A stretch of 63,675 bases of DNA, counting the filler. It is 4 parts of 4 records of this genome, joined end to end, with 100 filler letters (N's around TTAATTAATTAA, not from the genome) between each part and the next. Parts side by side here need not be neighbours in the genome. Positions count along the whole stretch, not along the records: positions 58,214 to 63,675 come from SRR20825019_187; 3 more parts are not named here. One strand, written 5' to 3'. The position numbers and the translations under genes are program-made. Positions 60,190 to 63,675 of this stretch are shown piece after piece. The notes beneath the pieces are model-generated. The model saw nothing but the letters and a program-made list of their open reading frames with translations. It made no database searches and was not told the origin of the DNA. How positions within the stretch are numbered: the first letter of the stretch is position 1; every line of letters begins with the position of its first letter.

Positions 60190-61344
60190 CTATGCGAATA
60201 TTGCTTTCACCTTGTTCGCAATGCGGACCCGGCATATGGGGCATTGCTTGAGTTTGTCGTTCATCCCACACTTAGCGCAGGCACAGACGTGGCCACACGG
60301 AACAAAGACAACCGCGGACGCAGCATCTAGACACAGAGCACACTGCCCGGATTCCGGGTGGTGTTCGGCGGCAGTAGAAGCGGCCTTGCCCTTCTTCGAG
60401 CCGCGACTGGTCCCAGGCCTGGGGTTATCTGCGCTCTTTCGCTTGCCTCCTGTGGGCGCGGCCTTCGAGGTGCCCAGGGCAGTGAGGATCTCGAGGCACC
60501 TCTGGCGACCATTATCGACGGCAGCCTTCAGGCAACGCTTTCCCTCCTCTGTCTTGGTAGACAAGTCGATGCACTCGCACACAGCAATCATCTCCAGGCT
60601 CTCGTGGTCACCATAACCGCTCACCATCTCTGCTATGTCAAGCAACACGGGTTCCGTGGGGTAATTCCCAACAAGGTGCTTAACAATCTCCTGCATACAC
60701 AATACATTATCCATTCCTACGCAGTCTTCGAATGCGTATTTCAGATATTCAAAGTACAGCCCTAGAAGTCCATGGTCATTCATGCCTTCCCTGCTCGCTA
60801 CCGCCACCACTCTCTTAAGGACACCTTCCAGTACGCTCCTGCGAAGCTCGGCACCTTTACCATTGCGGTCTCCATCCAGAATGCTGCGAAATATCGATTC
60901 CTTATAGTCATCGTAGTCCTTTTTGGTATCATAGTGGTTTAGTGCTTGCTCTGAGTTGTACATAATATCGTACAGAGAGCACCGGGCGAGTATTTGGTCA
61001 AATATCTTGCGACTATCATCGGTCTTCCTTTTCCCCTTTTGAGCCAAAAGAACGTGGCATGCACCTTCCAATATATAATAGCCTTCAAGCGGCGACGCCT
61101 CCGCCCAGACGCCGAAGTCCAAATCGGTTACCTGCGACAACAGTACTTCAAGGACTTGGACGTTCCCTCGCTTTACCACCCAGTGGAGGGGGGAGCTCTT
61201 CGGAAGCAATTCGGTCATGTCCTGGTATAACATTTGCACTAGGTCCTGATCGTCTTTGTACTTGACAATAAACTTCGTCCTATTCGTGACATCATTCTCC
61301 TTATCGCCACTCAAATGCTCTTCTTCATTTTCAAATCTGAACAT
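60190..61344 (-). CDS. Ankyrin-like repeat protein with a C-terminal C3HC4 (IAP-type) RING finger
   Basis: SPLHWVVKRGNVQVLEVLL, CLKAAVDNGRQRCLEIL and CALCLD...VPCGHVCACAKC...CPICR. Confidence 0.78.
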   Translation of the reverse strand: MFRFENEEEHLSGDKENDVTNRTKFIVKYKDDQDLVQMLYQDMTELLPKSSPLHWVVKRGNVQVLEVLLSQVTDLDFGVWAEASPLEGYYILEGACHVLLAQKGKRKTDDSRKIFDQILARCSLYDIMYNSEQALNHYDTKKDYDDYKESIFRSILDGDRNGKGAELRRSVLEGVLKRVVAVASREGMNDHGLLGLYFEYLKYAFEDCVGMDNVLCMQEIVKHLVGNYPTEPVLLDIAEMVSGYGDHESLEMIAVCECIDLSTKTEEGKRCLKAAVDNGRQRCLEILTALGTSKAAPTGGKRKSADNPRPGTSRGSKKGKAASTAAEHHPESGQCALCLDAASAVVFVPCGHVCACAKCGMNDKLKQCPICRVRIANKVKAIFA

Positions 61345-62578
61345 GTTGTCGCCACGAGATATCTACAGGCCACAAGGTGCCCTGCCGTACCTTTGATGTA
61401 CCTAAAAGGATATTTCCATCCAACCTGGTTTCACTCAGCACAGCAGCTGAGCGGTGGGTGCCGACGGCAGCTCACGCAGAGTGGCGGGGCCCGGGACAGT
61501 GCAGGGCCTCGAAAAGCGCTTGGCAGCCTCCTCACTCGTCCTGGTGGCCAAGGCAGGCGGGTCGCACCCGGCGGCGGACCACCGCCGCGCGGGCTGCACC
61601 GGTCAAGCTCAGCCAACTGAAACGTGACGACGACCCCCTGACTCCCAGTGAAGGATTGGGTTGGTGTCGAAAGGTTGATATGATAAAAGCGGTTACACCA
61701 TTAAATCGACAACGGTGCACTACCGCCACCCACTTGCCCGGCAGATCCATTCAGTCAACTTTCAGTGGGTGGCGTCAGGCAGCCAGCCAGTCAGGCCGAG
61801 TCAGGCCCGGCGGACGCCCGGCCCCGGGCCCGCGAGCGGGACTGATCCGGCCCGGCCGCAGCGGCCGCCGGTCGTCGGGCGGTCGGTGGTTGTTTTCTTT
61901 CGATTTCTCGCCATGGTCAGGACCGTATGAGGGGTCGGTTGGGTAGTTGGCACGCCGCTGCGGGCCGCCTCCCCCAGTCCCGAGCCCCGCGACAGCCTTC
62001 GAGTGGAGTGAGCGGAGCCGGGCCGCCCGATGCGCGGACGGCGCGCAGGTCGGCGCCCGCGGGACCTGCTGAACGGGAAAGGAGGCGCGGAGGCCGCGGT
62101 GGCGCCCTGCGGGTGAGTGAGTCAGCGGTCGGCCTCCTCCCCACCAGCAGCCTGGCCTGAGGCCTTCGAGCCTCGGAAGCGTAACCGTCAACCGGGAAGC
62201 TGCCGAACAACAGCCCGGCCGGGGCCGCGGTCCGGGCCTCCCTGGCAGATCGCGCGGGCACTGCCGGTCTGTCAGCCCAGCCAGCCCTCGGCACGGTCGA
62301 GCCCTCCTTACCGTCGCCCGCCCTCCGGCCTTCACTGCCAGTGACGGGCGCTGTGGTCGCCCGCTGTCCACTCAAGCTGTCCAGCCTCGTCGAAGCAAGT
62401 GCTCCGTCGCCTCAGCTGAGTGAGCCAGGGATGTGAGCCAGCAGTGGCCCCACACACCAAGCCGTTTGAGTCAGACAGCCGGCGTCCGATCCTTAGGTTA
62501 GCCTTGCTCTAGCCATGACCGAGGGCCGAACTAATATATCCATTCTCTTCGTTCATACCCAGTGTTAAGAATATCGCC

Positions 62579-63675
62579 ATGACTAACAGGAGCGCTATTC
62601 TAGTCGCGGCAGTGGCCCTCGCCACAGCAGTCGCCTTGGCAAGTGCGGGCCAGGACCTCAAGGGCCTGGCCGGCGCCGTTAGTGAGCGGGATGCCCTGAT
62701 GGCCCTATATGACTCCACCAACGGCCCGAAGTGGAAGAACAACGACAACTGGGGCAGTTCCAAGTCCTACTGCAAGTGGCATGGCGTGACCTGCTCTTGG
62801 TTTGGTTTCGGCGGCGTCAAGACCCTGGACCTCGCTGACAACGGCCTTGATGGAACCCTGCCGGCCGAGCTGGCGGCACTGTCCGGACTCGAGGAACTCG
62901 AGTTGAGCACGTCCAACCTTGAGGGTAGCCTGCCCCCGGAGTGGGGAAAGTTGAAGAAGCTTGAGAGCCTGAGGATCAACACCGCCTACCCACGGCCTGA
63001 GAAGGTCCTCAGTGGCGGGATTCCGGTGAGTGACGACACCGTATAGCGCCAGTGTGTCCTTGTTCCTTTAGTCTCTGGAAGCAGCATCGGTTCTTACGTG
63101 CGGGTGCCTCAGGATGAGTGGAAAGGAATGACGAGCCTGTCCTGGCTCTTTCTCAACGGCCACGACCTGTCCGGACCCATTCCCGAATGGATGGGCGACC
63201 TTCCCGAGCTGCGAGAGCTGTGAGTTGCAGTGTGAACTCACCCCCCCGGCAGCAATATTCCGGCTAACACTCCACAGAGCTCTAGCGAACAACAAGCTTG
63301 AAGGCTCCCTCCCTGAGTCCCTTGCCCGATCCAAGATCACCAACTGGTAATGGCTAGGCATTGAGGAGTGTGGTGTCTAGCTAAGACTCCCTGTTCTGCA
63401 GGACTTTGGGTGGAAACCGTTTCTCAGGGCCCATTCCCTCTTGGCTGATGAACCACCCATATGCTTCTAACATGTGAGTCTCGAACTCCACCTCTTCACT
63501 CTCTAGGCAGGCGTTGAGCTGATGTTGCTATTGTTAGAAACATGGACAATGCCGGGTTTACGGGGAGTATTCCGGAGATCAAGAACCCATCAGAGAGGTG
63601 AGCTTGCCGGGTGGACCTCGCAGGGCTGTGGGGTCTGACGGACGTCTTGTATCGTTGCAGTAAGATAATTTCCAT
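62579..63675 (+). CDS. Spliced secreted/surface LRR protein (LRRNT_2 cap), 3' incomplete; exons 62579-63025, 63113-63219, 63278-63346, 63402-63473, 63538-63597, 63661->
   Basis: Signal peptide, ERDALMALYDSTNG..W...CKWHGVTC, and LxLxxNxLxGxLP repeats restored across GT..AG introns. Confidence 0.85.

Noticed and set aside
58214-63675. Eukaryote-like genes in a bacterium, or pseudogene fragments
   Set aside because: Separate contig. The broken ORFs join cleanly through GT-AG introns.

Overview
The window is four unrelated contigs joined by artificial 100-nt linkers (44 N + TTAATTAATTAA + 44 N, at 20326-20425, 52131-52230 and 58114-58213). (1) 1-20325 is a GC-rich alphaproteobacterium (Rhodospirillales-like, by inference). 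A compositionally mosaic surface-glycan island lies between methylmalonyl-CoA mutase genes and metH. It encodes a GT39/ArnT-like transferase, two TIGR04372-like glycosyltransferases, a three-domain acyl-AMP ligase-ACP-SGNH protein, a nucleotidyltransferase-PfkB kinase fusion, two DegT aminotransferases, a degenerate NifU-like pair, a radical SAM/SPASM enzyme, an orphan TPP E1 alpha/beta pair, a flippase-like protein and a WecD-like GNAT. (2) 20426-52130 is a Rhizobiales genome (Devosia-like, by inference) with edd/pgl/zwf, a riboswitch-controlled partial cob cluster, a Zur regulon (aztD, znuA, znuCB-zur), rsmD, rluB, lspA and ileS. A family of short palindromic REP-like elements occurs both in frame inside cobN and inside small 'bridging' ORFs that appear to preserve translational coupling in operons. 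(3) 52231-58113 is AT-rich Flavobacteriaceae-like DNA with an ArsR-SRPBCC-DoxX operon, two exported proteins and the 3' end of carB. (4) 58214-63675 is an intron-rich eukaryote with an EamA transporter, an ankyrin-like/RING protein and a secreted LRR protein built from roughly one-repeat, phase-2 exons. Protein assignments come from motif recognition by eye; no database searches were run.
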